This document shows, piece by piece, positions 27,028-41,289 of a stretch of DNA of 64,000 nt. Under the pieces are notes generated by a model. That model was not told the origin of the DNA, searched no databases, and was given only the letters and a program-made list of their open reading frames with translations. Source of the stretch: Octopus sinensis (Eukaryota); the NCBI RefSeq assembly GCF_006345805.1, contig NC_043001.1:96658001-96722000 (forward strand), written 5' to 3'. The position numbers and the translations under genes were made by a program. Each line of letters begins with the position of its first letter. Within the stretch, counting starts at the first letter, position 1.

Positions 27028-27224
27028 GTATGTGTGTATGTATTTACATTTGTTTATCTCTCTGTATATACATATATATATGTATGTATTTATATATATA
27101 TTTATATATCTATTTATATATATTTATGTTCATATATTCATTTATATATATATATATGTATTTATATATATAATTATATATCTATTTATATATATTTATA
27201 TATTCATATATGTATATATATATT

Positions 27225-27258
<34 letters not shown>

Positions 27259-27422
27259 TACATATACACACATACACACATAGTTATTAATACACACCCA
27301 CCTACAATTCATTGGTATTTTTGCTGCCTCTAATCCTTCCTTACTCAAGCAACGAAATATGACTTAAATATATATAATTAATTCTTCTCCTTATGATGTT
27401 AGCAATTCTTTGATGTGGTCAC

Positions 27423-27515
27423 ATGGTCTTTTACAGCAACTGTGATAGTCATCCACCAATCAGGAGAACCGTTTGCAAGAATTTTCCCCACGTTCTCATA
27501 CCCCACTCCCACAAC
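27423..27515 (-). CDS. Candidate exon (93 nt)
   Basis: Acceptor gtatttctgttag; frame 0 open VVGVGYENVGKILANGSPDWWMTITVAVKDH; weak donor GTGACC. Confidence 0.3.
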
Positions 27516-27627
27516 CTAACAGAAATACATTCTTCGTATTACATTTTACCATTTTCTCGATGCACGGGTGTTCAAACCCAAACCCAGTTTGTACCAATAT
27601 ATAGCTGAAATTCAATTATTACTATTA

Positions 27628-27658
<31 letters not shown>

Positions 27659-27679
27659 CATTATTATTATATTATTATA

Positions 27680-27849
27680 GGTGCAGGGGTGGCTGTGTGT
27701 GGTAAGTAGCTTGCTAATCAACCACATGGGTCCGGGTTCAGTCCCACTGCGTGGCATCTTGGCAAGTGTCTTCTGCTATAGCCCCGGACCGACCAATGCC
27801 TTGTGAGTGGATTTGGTAGACTGAAACTGAAAGAAAGAAGCCTGTCGTA

Positions 27850-27888
<39 letters not shown>

Positions 27889-27924
27889 ATATATATAATA
27901 TATATATATATATTATATATATAT

Positions 27925-27962
<38 letters not shown>

Positions 27963-28160
27963 GTTTGTCCCCCTAGCATTGCTTGACAACAGATTGCTGG
28001 TGTTTACGTCCCCGTCACTTAGCGGTTCGGCAAAAGAGACCGATAGAATAAGTACTGGGCTTACAAAGAATAAGTCCCAAGGTTGATTGCTTGACTAAAG
28101 GCGGTGCTCCAGCATGGCCGCAGTCAAATGACTGAAACAAGTAAAAGAGTAAAAGAGTAT
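27680..28160 (+). mobile_element. Family R SINE, full length
   Basis: Head GGTGCAGGGGTGGCTGTGTGG..GGTTCAGTCCC, CORE-like TTGGCAAGTGTCTT, internal TA/TG tract, tail GTAAAAGA repeats. Confidence 0.9.
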
Positions 28161-28195
28161 ATATAATATATATACATATATATATATATATATAC

Positions 28196-28226
<31 letters not shown>

Positions 28227-28231
28227 GCACA

Positions 28232-28265
<34 letters not shown>

Positions 28266-28299
28266 CACATATATATATATACATATATATTATATATAC

Positions 28300-28334
<35 letters not shown>

Positions 28335-28451
28335 ACAACATATATATATAAACTGAAAGAAGAACGTCGTATGTATATACATATACATACATACATACAT
28401 ACATACATAGTACATATATATGTATATATATATATATATTATATTTAATAT

Positions 28452-28497
<46 letters not shown>

Positions 28498-28500
<3 letters not shown>

Positions 28501-28660
28501 GACGTTCTCTTTCAGTCTCCGTCTACCAAATCCACTCACAAGGCTTTGGTCGGCCCGAGGCTATAGTAAAAGACACTTGCCCAAGCTTCCTTGCAGTGGG
28601 ACTGAACCCGGAACCATGTGGTTGGTAAGCAAGCTACTTACCACACAGCCAGTCCTACGC
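28498..28660 (-). mobile_element. Family R SINE 5' half
   Basis: Matches the head of the 31350 copy. Confidence 0.8.
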
Positions 28661-29283
28661 TTGGATACATTAAAAAAGATGGAAAATTCATTTTTAACGT
28701 TGGGAGCAATGTCAGTTAAATGTTCGCGATATGTATACATCCCTTGAATGTGTGTGCTTTAAAAGCCTTAACAACGCTATTCGTCGTGAGTATATATGCA
28801 TGTTACGGAGGTATATACATTCTAATGATATGTACAGATTGCCGACAGAAAAGAAATACTTATTAACAAAATGTGACAGAGAGTACGATCACCGGACTTG
28901 ATCTATGAAGTGAATCTTCGACTCCCTGTTTAAGTAATATCACTACTTATTTATACTGCTAGTACTCTTGGCAAATGCATGCATATCGTAACTTCCCGCT
29001 AATTTTAGGCAATGATAAAAGACGTTTGCATCCAATGGATGATTTTTTTGCGCTATGCCTACCCCCAAAAAGTCCCCCACACCACCCCTATAAACCTGCC
29101 TAAATGTATAAATGCCAATACAATTCTTGTTAACTAGCTCCCTGAAGATTTCTCTTGAATGAAACAGTTCTAGTCCTGTAGAAGCTCCTTCTATATAATA
29201 AATTAATTTTACTCTGCTATGTATTGAGTACTTATTTACTGTGGTTAACCCCGAATCAACCCGGGACCTACATATATATATAT

Positions 29284-29327
<44 letters not shown>

Positions 29328-29547
29328 ACGAGCTAGTGGCCATAACCCGAATTTACACAACCAACAATGATGGAGTGAACCCAAAACAAGAACATAACAA
29401 AGTTTTTAAAAAAAATATTATTAACAATTAAGCGTCAGCATACACTAACAACCTACATACGGAACAAATATATACGAACAAAATAAATTAATGCTGCACT
29501 AGGCGTGCAGTCAAAGTATTTACACAAGTAAAATATATACAGTTCAA

Positions 29548-29745
29548 AAATTTGGACTCAGAAACCTGGCTTCACAAACTTGATTTCACACACCTGGATT
29601 CGTAAATCTGGCTTCATTGGATTCATGAATTTATTTTCATTGGATTCATAAATTTGGATTCACAAATTTGGTTTCAAAAATATGGATTCCGAAAACTGGT
29701 TTCATAAATCCGGCTTCACAATTATGGTTTTCGAACCTTGGACAT
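29548..29745. repeat. Diverged 14-bp minisatellite (consensus ~AAATTTGGATTCAC), about 13-14 units
   Basis: 14-nt spacing counted directly, e.g. units starting at 29548, 29562, 29576, 29590 and 29604. Confidence 0.85.
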
Positions 29746-30441
29746 AAACATAAGTAAATCTAACGTCAAAGCAACCATTTAAACTAAAAGTTCATGACAC
29801 AAAACGGCTGCCAGACTAAATCAACAATTATAGTTAAAAAATATAAAGTCAAATATATAATCTAGTTTGCTGTAAATTCACACAAAACTGCTTAGTACAA
29901 GCCTGCTGAGTAACTATTAGACAAAATTTACAGTTTAGTTGTCTCATGTAAAAATTGGCTACATGAAAAATTAAATTCATACACCCTCTAGCTATTTATA
30001 CAGATTTTTTAACATTTATCTTAACAGAAAATAGCTAGCAAATTTACTACACAACCTGCCACAAATGTGAGGCTAAAAATTCACATAAATATTGCAATAA
30101 CATAACTTAAGAGAATTTTATACACACCCAGATGAGACACAGAAATTATTTAAATCTGACAAGCAAAAGTTCTCGCGAATTCCTGGAGCATAAAATAGAT
30201 CCATAAATGCCTAACAAAAACACAAACTGCATAAACGAAGCGGACAATTATAGCTTCTAGAATCCAATTGAACAACTTTGTCTCACAGAAAAAAACTTTA
30301 ACTGTCACAAATAAAACTGGGTGTACAATTATCTCTGCCTATAAAGGTTTGCTAAGGTCTAGCCAATTTGTCAGAGTTTCAAAGTTTGGTTATTAACACC
30401 TAACTTCCCGCATTTGACAATGGACTTCATCTTGACCTTAC

Positions 30442-30469
30442 TGTGCAGCATGCAAAACTGTCTGTGTAC
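30442..30469 (-). CDS. Candidate short exon (28 nt)
   Basis: Acceptor ataattttaacag, donor GTAAGG; all three frames open. Confidence 0.3.
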
Positions 30470-30518
30470 CTGTTAAAATTATACGATAATACGTTTTTAT
30501 CATTTTTATAATTTTCTA

Positions 30519-30619
<101 letters not shown>

Positions 30620-31135
30620 ATGTATATATATATATATGTGTGTGTGTGTAGGGATAAAATTATTCGGTCGGGTACCGTGGTAGCTCTCAGGTATACTCCA
30701 GGTTACGGCTAATCTTATCAAATAGTTATAAGTGTCAATGATCGCCATGTGCTACCAAATACGCTATCATTCTTCTGACGGATAACTCCGGGTTTGCTTA
30801 ACTGGGATATAAAAATTATCAGGAGTGTAGATTTTAAAGAATTATAGATAACACGGACACTTGTAAATCATCAATTTTTTTCTTTTAATTTCACACTTTG
30901 TTATAAAGGATAATTATTTTATTACAATGGCCAACACATATTTCTGCTGCATAGACTATGTGCAGGCGCTTGTGCAAAAGCTTTGAATAACGCCTGTTTG
31001 AAGGACCGTGAATGAGGATGTATAGAAAACTATACGTTATACATACAGATTAAAGTAAAAGTGAAAATACACAGTGTTCGGCATCACTTCAAAAAGATAT
31101 TTAATTTAGATAGAAAATACTGTTCAGTGTCTTAC

Positions 31136-31223
31136 AACTGCTTCTAGAGTACCCAACCACGTGGATCATTATAATGAGTAAGGAATCCATATGCTGAGTA
31201 TTCCATCGTCAGAGCGGAACACG
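31136..31223 (-). CDS. Candidate exon (88 nt), coding status uncertain
   Basis: Acceptor tttttacatccctctag, donor GTAAGA; every frame has one stop; contains MEYSAYGFLTHYNDPRGWVL. Confidence 0.3.
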
Positions 31224-31349
31224 CTAGAGGGATGTAAAAACGAGGTAATATCTCCAGTCGAGGATACTAAAATATTCCAGTTTGTAAAAAAATGAGGGCA
31301 GGATGAGAGTAGAATAGGTATGTTAGATATTTCCATGATCAAATATATA

Positions 31350-31769
31350 CTCTCTCTCTCTTTACTCTCTTACTTGTTTCAGTCATTTGACTGCGGCCAT
31401 GCTGGAGCACCGCCTTTAGTCGAGCAAATCGACCCCGGGACTTATTCTTTGTAAGCCCAGTACATATTCTATCGGTCTCTTTTGCCGAACCGCTAAGTGA
31501 CGGGGACGTAAACACACACCAGCATCGGTTGTCAAGCAATGTTAGGGGGACAAACACAGACACACAAACACAGACACACATACATATATATATATATACA
31601 TATATACGACAGGCTTCTTTCAGTTTCCGTCTACCAAATCCACTCACAAGGCTTTGGTCGGCCCGAGGCTATAGTAGAAGACACTTGCCCAAGACGCCAC
31701 GCAGTGGGATTGAACCCAGAACCATGTGGTTGGTTAGCAAGCTACTTACCACACAGCCACTCCTGCGCC
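31350..31769 (-). mobile_element. Family R SINE, full length
   Basis: Complete head, short internal tract and tail. Confidence 0.9.
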
Positions 31770-31952
31770 TTAATACAATTATAAGTAATGTTCATTTAAA
31801 CGAGAAAGTTCGATGATAATCCGTGGCAAGGATTATCCATAAAACTCCATGGCAATAGTTGAAGTTACCAGTTCCAGTTATGAATAGACAATGAATGAGG
31901 GGTTGAATAGGAATATTATATTACAGAGTGGAGAAAAGACAGGTAGGTGTAG

Positions 31953-32022
<70 letters not shown>

Positions 32023-32025
<3 letters not shown>

Positions 32026-33257
32026 CCGGCTAGATACAGACGGCAGATCATAGGCGTACACACATAAACATCCAGGCACACACGAACAGAAGCACAACGA
32101 GGCATACACAAACGAGCGCGCACACGCAAACACACATACGCACACACACACACACACACATACACACACACACACATACAAACAACTAAAAAACTCAGCA
32201 AACACACACCCGTAAACAAGAACAGTCACCTAAACATATATACATTTACAAACATAGGCTTGTACACGCTCACACATTCACACATACTCACAGAGAGTTG
32301 AAACGCTGTTTGATTTTTTTCAGCGTCCCACATCTATTGCCCCCACCACAACACATTTAACGGGCTTCTTTTAGTTTCTTATTTCTTTACTGTCCACGAG
32401 GGGCTACACACAGAGGGGACAAACAAGGACAGACAAACGGATTAAGTCGATTATATCGACCTCAGTGCATAACTGATACTTATTTAATCGACCCCGAAAG
32501 GATGAAAGGCAAAATCAACCTCGGCGGAATTTGAACTCAGAACGTAGCGGCAGACGAAATACCCATTTCTTTACACCCACAAGGGGCTAAACACAGAGGG
32601 GACAAACAAGGACAGACTAACGGATTAAATCGATTATATCGACCCCAGTGCGTAACTGGTACTTATTTAGTCGACCCCGAAGGGATGACAGACAAAGTCG
32701 ACCTCGGCGGAATTTGAACTCAGAACGCAGCGGCAGATGAAATACCACTAAGCACTTTACCGGGCTTCTTTCGGTTTCTGTCTACCACTCAGAGGGCTTT
32801 GTTCGGGTCTAGACTATAGTAGAAAACACGCAAAGTGCTGCGCAGTGAGACTGAACCCGGAACCATGAGGTTGTGAAGCAAACTTCTTGCCACACATCCA
32901 CATTTATGCCTTCCCAGTTTTTATAAAACCAAGCTGATTTACGTTGTGTGCCGAGGACTGTATAGACTAATGGGTGTTATGTATGCATTACTGAGAAAGA
33001 GAAAAAGATATTGGGAGTTGAAAAGTAGCCTATGTTTGTAAATGTATGTATGTATGTATGTGTGTGTGTGACTGTTCCTGTGTGCATGTGTGTGTTTGCT
33101 GAGTGTGTTAATTGTTTATGTGTGTGTGTGTATGTGTTTGCGTGTACGCGCTCGTTTGTGTAAGCGTGTGTGTATGCCCCGTTGTGGTTCTGTCCGTGTG
33201 TGCCTGGATGTTTATGTTTGTACGCCTATGATCTACTGTCTGTATCTAGCCGGAACC
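32023..33257. mobile_element. Putative long-TIR non-autonomous DNA element with nested SINEs
   Basis: About 200-bp inverted repeats at 32023-32228 and 33068-33256, starting GTTCCGGCTAGATACAGAC; TA context on both sides. Confidence 0.55.
32381..32760 (-). mobile_element. Family K SINE dimer, adjoining a family R head (32761-32900)
   Basis: Two ~185-bp units; an imperfect 18-bp duplication cgggcttcttt..gtttc at 32361 and 32761. Confidence 0.85.
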
Positions 33258-33924
33258 TATAATTTGATAATCTTTAAAAGTAAAGAGATAAAAGAACTAA
33301 ATGTTTTAAATTGTTGCTGAAAGAGATAATTCGCTAAAGCACCCGATAAAATGACTTGAAAATAGTTTTGTGTATGAAAAAATGTTATTTAGACCCAAAT
33401 TTATAGACTGAGAAAGTGAAAAGTTGTAAATCTTTCGTTTTATCTTAGGCTGTACATCAATGACCACTGAATAAAATAATAATTATTAATCAATGCTCCT
33501 GGCAAAGAATCGAAACCTGCGGTTAGGATGGATGCCTCATCAATGTATCATAGTGACCACTACTTGTAGTAGTAATAGCAGCTATAAAAATAAAAATAGT
33601 GTTAATAATAGCTGTAATGTAATTGATATATCCTGTACCGAGCGGAAAAGCATATCAGTGAGACATGAAAAAATATGTATAAAAATTTACAATTAGAAGC
33701 TGGAAAGATGTGAAACATGGAGACAATGGTGGTTCTTCCTGAATATGTTTATTTAGCTGTCAATATCAATTTTCATTGCTATTGGAGTAATTAGGATGGA
33801 AGCAAGGAAAACAATACATAATCATATCTGCAACCTAAACAACAATAACAGCAACATCAGCAAAAACCAAAACAAAAAAATCAAGAAAAATAAACAACAC
33901 CAGAAACGACAATACAAAAACAAA

Positions 33925-33983
<59 letters not shown>

Positions 33984-35317
33984 GCGGCAGCAGCAGCAGC
34001 AGCAGTATGATCGATCATTAGCATTGCATAAATAACCAAAATGGAAGAAACCAAAAATTACCCGGATGTATAGAAAATGGTGTAAAAGGGAATTGTGATA
34101 AAATAAAAAAAAAAAACAGAAGACTGTAAACATAACTTCTTCAGTTGATTTATTAGCTCCCTCTTATTGCTCTCAGCTGAGTACATATGTCAATATTTCT
34201 TCCTATCTATTACGCATCACTATTGCTTTACTGGCAGCTGTAAAACCTGCAGTCAACGCAAATCAAATTACCCAGTGCAAACTGTTAAGAAACATACCTT
34301 ATACACAATAATTCACTTTATTCTTATTCTATTAAATTTTAGAGAAAAGCAAACAGAAAGCAAACAATGAAGCAAAAAATAAAAAGTTGCAGTTTCACGG
34401 ATTCTCAGTGAATTTATTATATCTTCGAACCCGTCAAGTATTATTTCTATGTTGTTTTAACCTTATACTTTAACTTTTAGTTTTATCAAGTGTCATTATA
34501 AATCTCAATTTTAACAGATGCTTTATCAAGTGGATGGTAATTAAATTAATGTATTCTGTAAGTACATAAGTGTAAGAACGCACCAGTCATCACGGCTAAA
34601 GATTATGTTTTGAATTTATTTCCATCGAGATTTGCAATGATTCATTGTAACGAAACCTAAATCCTTGAACCCTCATCTTACACGCGTTTATATTTTTGAC
34701 CCTAGGCCTAACTAATCATTGAGGACTACTTATGGCGAAAGCACATCCTTAACATATTTAGGAACGCATCTCAAATTCAAAGACCAGCCCTCCTCTTAGG
34801 AACCACATGTTACTTCATTCACTAACGATTGCTAAACTCAGGTGGGTTCTACAGGAGCTTACTATTATATTTACGACAGTGCTATCATTGTATACACAGA
34901 ATAATCCTAAGATCCTATTGGAAATTAATACTTGTGTATAAAACGGGCTTGAATGAACCAATGAGATCCTTCTATGCAATCACTCGGCTCGCTATATATA
35001 ATAACCAAATCTCCCTCAAAAGAAGGACACGATTGACACCAAGTCCCAATCATGATCGACCCTTTGTTTCATGGACTTGCTCTCTCCTCATTTCTCTTTA
35101 TCCCTTTCTTTTATTCCTTCCACACAAAAGGCCTCTTCTCGCGTTTACACCCCACATCATCCATGTCGTGTCCAAACTACACCCAGGCCCTGCACCGGTC
35201 GGAGTAAGACAAATTGTTGGCTCGACCATACATATGTTTTAAATATTAGTAACTTGCTGGACTTAACCCATTATCTAGTAGATCGAATAATATTACGTTG
35301 TTCTTGAAAGCCATTAC

Positions 35318-35710
35318 TTTTTTACTCTTTTACATGTTTCAGTCATTTGACTGCGGCAATGCTGGAGCACCACCTTTAGTCGAGCAAATCGACCCCAGGA
35401 CTTATTATTTGTAATACTACTTATTCTGTCGGTCTCTTTTGCCGAACCGCTAAGTTACGGGGACGTAAACACACCACAATCGGTTGTCAAGCGATGTTGG
35501 GAGGGGGAACAAATACAGACACACAAACACACACACACACATATATATACATACATATATATATATATATATACATAAAAGTAAATAAATGGCACAACGA
35601 AGTACCGATATTTACTGGAAAATAGCGAACGTAATAAATACGACGCTAATGTATAGCTTCACTGCGTATGTACTAGCAAAAATGCGGCTGTTTCGGCTGT
35701 CAACGTATAT

Positions 35711-35769
<59 letters not shown>

Positions 35770-35910
35770 TCATATATACGACGGGCTTCTTTCAGTTTCC
35801 GTCTACCAAATTCACTCACAAGCCTTTGGGCGGCCCGAGGCAATAGTAGTGGGACTGAACCCGGAACCATGTGGTTGGTAAGCAAGCTACTTACTACACA
35901 GCCACTCCTA
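35318..35910 (-). mobile_element. Family R SINE with a foreign ~125-bp fragment in its internal TA tract
   Basis: The insert 35575-35700 matches 24118-24228. Confidence 0.85.
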
Positions 35911-36476
35911 TGGATTTCTTGTTCATTGCAAGCATTCAGAACAAATTTTCGATTCCCTCCACTTCACATCATGCTGCAGACATTGACCTGCAATAGTCCA
36001 GGTTTGATATCGACCTCAAGAATGTCATCAGACATGATGCGTATACAATGGTTATGACGATCACTGCCATCTTCTTTCTCTGAGAAACAACGCGAAAAGT
36101 ATTTCAATGATTTGCAGCGTGGAGCAGAAGTGCAGGCATCAATAGTATTTGGATTGGATCAATCTGAAATGCATCATTGATAAGCAAATATTTATAAATC
36201 TATAAATTTAGCAAAAGTGAGGCAGCAATGCGAAACTATTGTATTTGTTCACACTTACGAAACAAAAACCAAATATTGATTTCAATGCATACAAGATGCG
36301 ACGGGTATTTGAGGACATTTAGTTATCGGTATATATCTGTCTTCAAATTAGTTACACAGTTCTTGTTCTCACAATTGACAAATAGCACATAAACACACAC
36401 ACTAAACGCAAAAAAAAGCATCTTAACTCATACACAAGCATGGAAACTGGAAGAAGCCCGACGTATATATATATAT

Positions 36477-36669
36477 ACGTCGGGCTTCTTACAGTTTCCA
36501 TCTACTGATGGCTATAGTAGAAGACACTTGCCCCAACGTCGGGCTTCTTCCAGTTTCCATCTACTGATGGCTATAGTAGAAGACACTTGCCCCAAGGTGC
36601 CACGCAGTGGGACTGAACCCGGAACCATGTGGTTGGTAAGCAAGCTACTTACCGCACAGCCACTCCTGC

Positions 36670-36672
<3 letters not shown>
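36477..36672 (-). mobile_element. Family R SINE 5' part with a ~59-bp tandem duplication
   Basis: acgtcgggcttctt..gacacttgcccca occurs twice. Confidence 0.8.
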
Positions 36673-36705
<33 letters not shown>

Positions 36706-36771
36706 TGTGTATATATATATATATATTTAGCGAATCTAGCTAGCTAGATACATAGATAGAGAGATAGATAA

Positions 36772-36830
<59 letters not shown>

Positions 36831-38269
36831 TATAGATAGATAGGCTTCTTTTAATTCCCGTCTATCGAATACACCCAGGTGTTTGAAGTTACAGTATGCG
36901 GACCTTTTATATTAAGAAAGACAAGGGCGGAAGACAGAGATCAGACTTAATAGCATGTGGTTCAGAATTAGCATCGTTCGTACACATTAGAATCAGACGA
37001 ACTGGGGGGAAGCATTTGATCCAAGGCATTAAAATGAAATAGATCCTAATCCTATAGAAGCAAGAAGTATTTAGGTGATGGTGTTAGAAGATTAGGAATC
37101 TTGGATACGAAGCGGATGACGAGAAGAAATCTACAAGTTAGGGAGGAAAGTAGAAAGAACCACGGACACACCTCGGGAAGAAGAAACTATTAATGTTTAT
37201 ATCAAGCGTGATTAGGGAATAGTAATTAGAAAATGACCGGGCGACAAAGAATAAAGAACATGAAGGCTATCTAAACTTATTTAATTAAAAGGCTTTCATT
37301 GAAAATATATAACCTTAAACCTATTTCTGTTTTATAAGAAAAAGAAACGAAAGTAAAGCAGGAAAAGCCCATTTTTTTTATGCGACTGTTTAGTCAGAGA
37401 AAGAAGGGCAGCATCTAGGTATCTTTCTTAATCGTTTCTGTACATGTCATCGTAGACTGAAGAGAAGAAGTAAATTTTAAACCGGAACAAACAGAGTAAG
37501 AACCAATGATAATTTGACAATTTTGGTAATAACCTATTTCACCATTTATTTTATCGACCTCGGAAAAGCGAAAGGAATATTTAGCTTTGGCAGATTTGAA
37601 CACAGAGAGCAGAAAAACGGAACAAGTACCTCAAGGCTTTTAGTCTTGCACTTTAGCACCTCTTCCCATTCACTGCTAATGTATAGGTCATTGACGTAAT
37701 TTATAAGGTTTTGGCATTCTACTTCATTCTGACGAATTTTGCTTTAAAGCACTCGAGGGGGTAAGTTTTATCAATTATCATTTTTCACAATCGGAGAAAA
37801 ACAAAATTCAGATCATATCCAATTATTCTGAAAGCAAAACGTGACAAATTAACTGAGAAAATGTTAAATTAATATTAACAAATTTAATCTTGAGAGCAGC
37901 AATAAAATGAAATTAAAAACACTTATGCGATGAATAATATCATTTTAATAATTTGGGTAAGTAAGGAGGCGAGATGGCAGAAGCGTTAGCACGCCGGGCA
38001 AATTGTTTAGCGTCATTACATCTGTCTTTAAATTTTGCATTCAAATTCCAAAGAGATCGACTTTGCCTTTCTTCGACTAAACACTCAATTAAACAAATAC
38101 TAGTCGAACATTGGGATCGATGTAACCAACAGCCCTACCCCTGAAAATGTTGGCATTGTGCCAACATTTGAAATTAATAATTTGTGTGAGTATGGTAGAT
38201 AACCCTGGACATGATCGGTCATAAAAAGTCCTCAGCTAAAGCAGATATAAGAGAATCAATCAATCGATG

Positions 38270-38821
38270 TATTGGGTTGTCCGGAAATGTGACAATTTTT
38301 AAAGGAAAGAAAAAGGGCAATAAATACTTGCTATTACAGTTTTACTCAACCAAATATGAACCATTTTGTTGAACAATGCGTCTCCATTTTTCCTTTAACT
38401 TGAAGATACCTTCTGCACAGAATTGAGCTGGTTTCATGACAAAGAATTCATCAAGGTATCTTTTTACGTCATCCAAGGAATTGAAATTTTTACCATTAAC
38501 ACTATTCTGCAGAGAACTGAATAGGTGAAAATCCGAAGGAGCAACTTCTGGTGAATATGGAGAGTAGGGTAACACATCCCAGCCGAGCTGCAACAATTTT
38601 TGTCTGGTACCCAAAGCATCAAGTGCCGATCTTTCATTTTAAAGGTTTACAGAATTAACACAGGTTATAGGAACATAAACCTTCCTCCACGAAAAGATAG
38701 CTTAAACTGTGCTCTAAATGGAGGTGTAGTCAAATCCTATTTTGTGGACTTAAACATGTTCTAAAATAAGACGAAAGGTAAGCTGCTATAAATCGGCACT
38801 AACTTTCTGGACAACCCAATA
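38270..38821 (-). mobile_element. Internally deleted mariner transposon
   Basis: TA-flanked TIRs TTGGGTTGTCC(G/A)GAAA. ORF 38342-38614 GTRQKLLQLGWDVLPYSPYSPEVAPSDFHLF..KWRRIVQQNGSY is a mariner C-terminus. Confidence 0.92.
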
Positions 38822-39798
38822 CAATATTGTACAATTAAAACATTAAATTATTGAGAGTAATTACGGAAGGACAGTACTCATTAGAAAAGCAATAGTTAAT
38901 GTAGATACTTTCAATATAGTGATCATCATCCTCCTTTCGCCAAGTACGTTAGGCAATTCTGGTTACATATCTGTTTTACACCTCCTCGAAATGGAACAAT
39001 GTAAACCTCATCTGGGTAGCTTTGTAAAATAAAACGTTTTGGCTGTATTGCATTCTGTTTCCTGTTAGGTGTTATGTTGGCGATATTTTTTAACATTTGC
39101 TCAAATTGGGAATGAACACTCGCAGCTACTTGTTTCTTTCTTCCTTTTTAAGTGTGGCAAATCACATATTGGTTGGCGGATATGTTTTAGAGTGACGAAT
39201 TGGCTTTAGGATGAGGAATTGGCAGAGTCTTTAGAGCGTTGATTAGAATGCTTCACGGTATTTGTTCCGACTCATTGCTTTCTGGAGTCAAATCTACCGA
39301 GGTCAATTTTGTCATTCCTTCTTTGGAGATCGATAAAACAAAAATACTAATCCAAGGCGGAAGATTGGAAAAACTGTAAGAATGTTCAACTGGATGGCTA
39401 GTGATATTTGGTTCTGCTCTTTGTGCTTTGCACTCAAATCCTCTAAACGGGCGTGGGTCTGAATACGATCATACCATAGAGAATTTAGTGGAACCCACTC
39501 CGTTGCGAATATTTGGGCCAGATTCCTTGTGAGATGATACCTTACATCACGCCCTCCACCAGTCTCAGGGATCTTGTAAAGTGTCACAGGCATTGCCTTC
39601 TCCCTCGATTAAAAAATAAAAAAGAAACATCCAATAAGATTCATTTGTTGTTGTCAACTTTCGGACGTAAATTCAGTTAAATGATTAAAAGGATATTCTG
39701 TTTTTTTTGGCATATCGAATGAAAACAGGTATAAAAACATATTTGGACTTTGTTCTCTATCTGGTCTTCCACAGATAGGTCAACTCGTTATTTCGAAA

Positions 39799-39898
39799 NN
39801 NNNNNNNNNNNNNNNNNNNNNNNNNNNNNNNNNNNNNNNNNNNNNNNNNNNNNNNNNNNNNNNNNNNNNNNNNNNNNNNNNNNNNNNNNNNNNNNNNN
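39799..39898. other. Assembly gap (100 N)
   Basis: Directly visible. Confidence 1.
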
Positions 39899-40836
39899 TC
39901 ATCCACGCTTTTCGACATCCACAACTCAGTAAAGATCAGCGATTTCAACAGACTGCACTTCATACGCAAAATCAAAGACAGTGTTGAAGGTGGCTTGTAC
40001 AGTGATGATAGCTAACTCACCGATATCTTACTTGGTTTTTACAAGGATAGAAGTGATTGATCTCTAAATTTATCATAATATAAAAAATAACCACATTGAA
40101 ATTATTATAGCTTGTGATTCATATATCTATTTCTTTAAGTAGCCCCCACACGTTACTTGAAAATATAAAGCCATCATTCCAGCATATAAAATATATAGTA
40201 GTCCCAAGATATAAATTACAGACAGTTCTCACAATTCATTCGATTGCTGAACCCAGTGGGAAATTGATAAAATTCATCAAATTTTTTTCTTTCTAAAACC
40301 AAAATTAGTTATGAAACAACTGAAATGGTTTCTTTCACCGTATAATGACGTTAGTATGAGATTCGTTAATTGATAGTGTACCGTACCAACAAAAAAGAAA
40401 AAAGGAAAGAAACAATAGCGGTGTCCAGAAGTGGGCTTCCTGTACAAGGATAATAATTCTGTAATATATGATATCGTTCATTTACAATGTTGCCTGTCAC
40501 TGATTATATCGTCAAATTACATCGTTTATTATTTCTTTCCATCCAATCAATGGTGGGTATGTTCTATGTTTTATGTTATACTTTTTCAAAATTATGAGAA
40601 TAACATCACTGGAGAACCCGAAATAACGATTTGGGAAGTTTCAGCCTGTAGTGAATTATGTACAAACATACATGCATACATACTTACATATATATGGACA
40701 TACATGCATTTATAAATACAAATATGCATGAACACTCATTATGTCATATGTATATGAAAACTATCTAAGTAATGTGTGTGCGTATATGTGTATATATGAG
40801 CAGCTATATATTTTTATTCATATCACGCGCAGACAC

Positions 40837-40966
<130 letters not shown>

Positions 40967-41289
40967 ATATCTATCTATCTATCTATATATATATATATAT
41001 ATCTGTCTGTTGTCTGTCTGTCTGTCTGTCTGTCTGTATGTCTGTATGTATGTATGTATGTATGTATGTTTCTCTTTCTGTCTGTCTGTTGGTCTGTCTG
41101 ATGTATGTCTATGTATTTATATAGTTACACGCGTGTATGTATGTACATATACATATAAAACTAACTTGGAAATGGATGTGTGGCATTATAATAATAATAT
41201 AAATAATATCCATGTATATATATATATCTATCTATATATATTAGAGAACAAAGTGTATGTACGCCGCTATATATATATATATATATTTA

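Noticed and set aside
29155-29200. CTGAAGA..GAAAC hammerhead-like string
   Set aside because: No stem I pairing, and a mismatch at the base of stem II.
29548-29745. Possible CRISPR-like array
   Set aside because: Contiguous 14-bp units with no spacers, in eukaryotic DNA.
33796-34035. Poly-His/poly-Gln ORF
   Set aside because: (CAT)n-(CAG)n microsatellite without supporting splice sites or complex flanking coding sequence.
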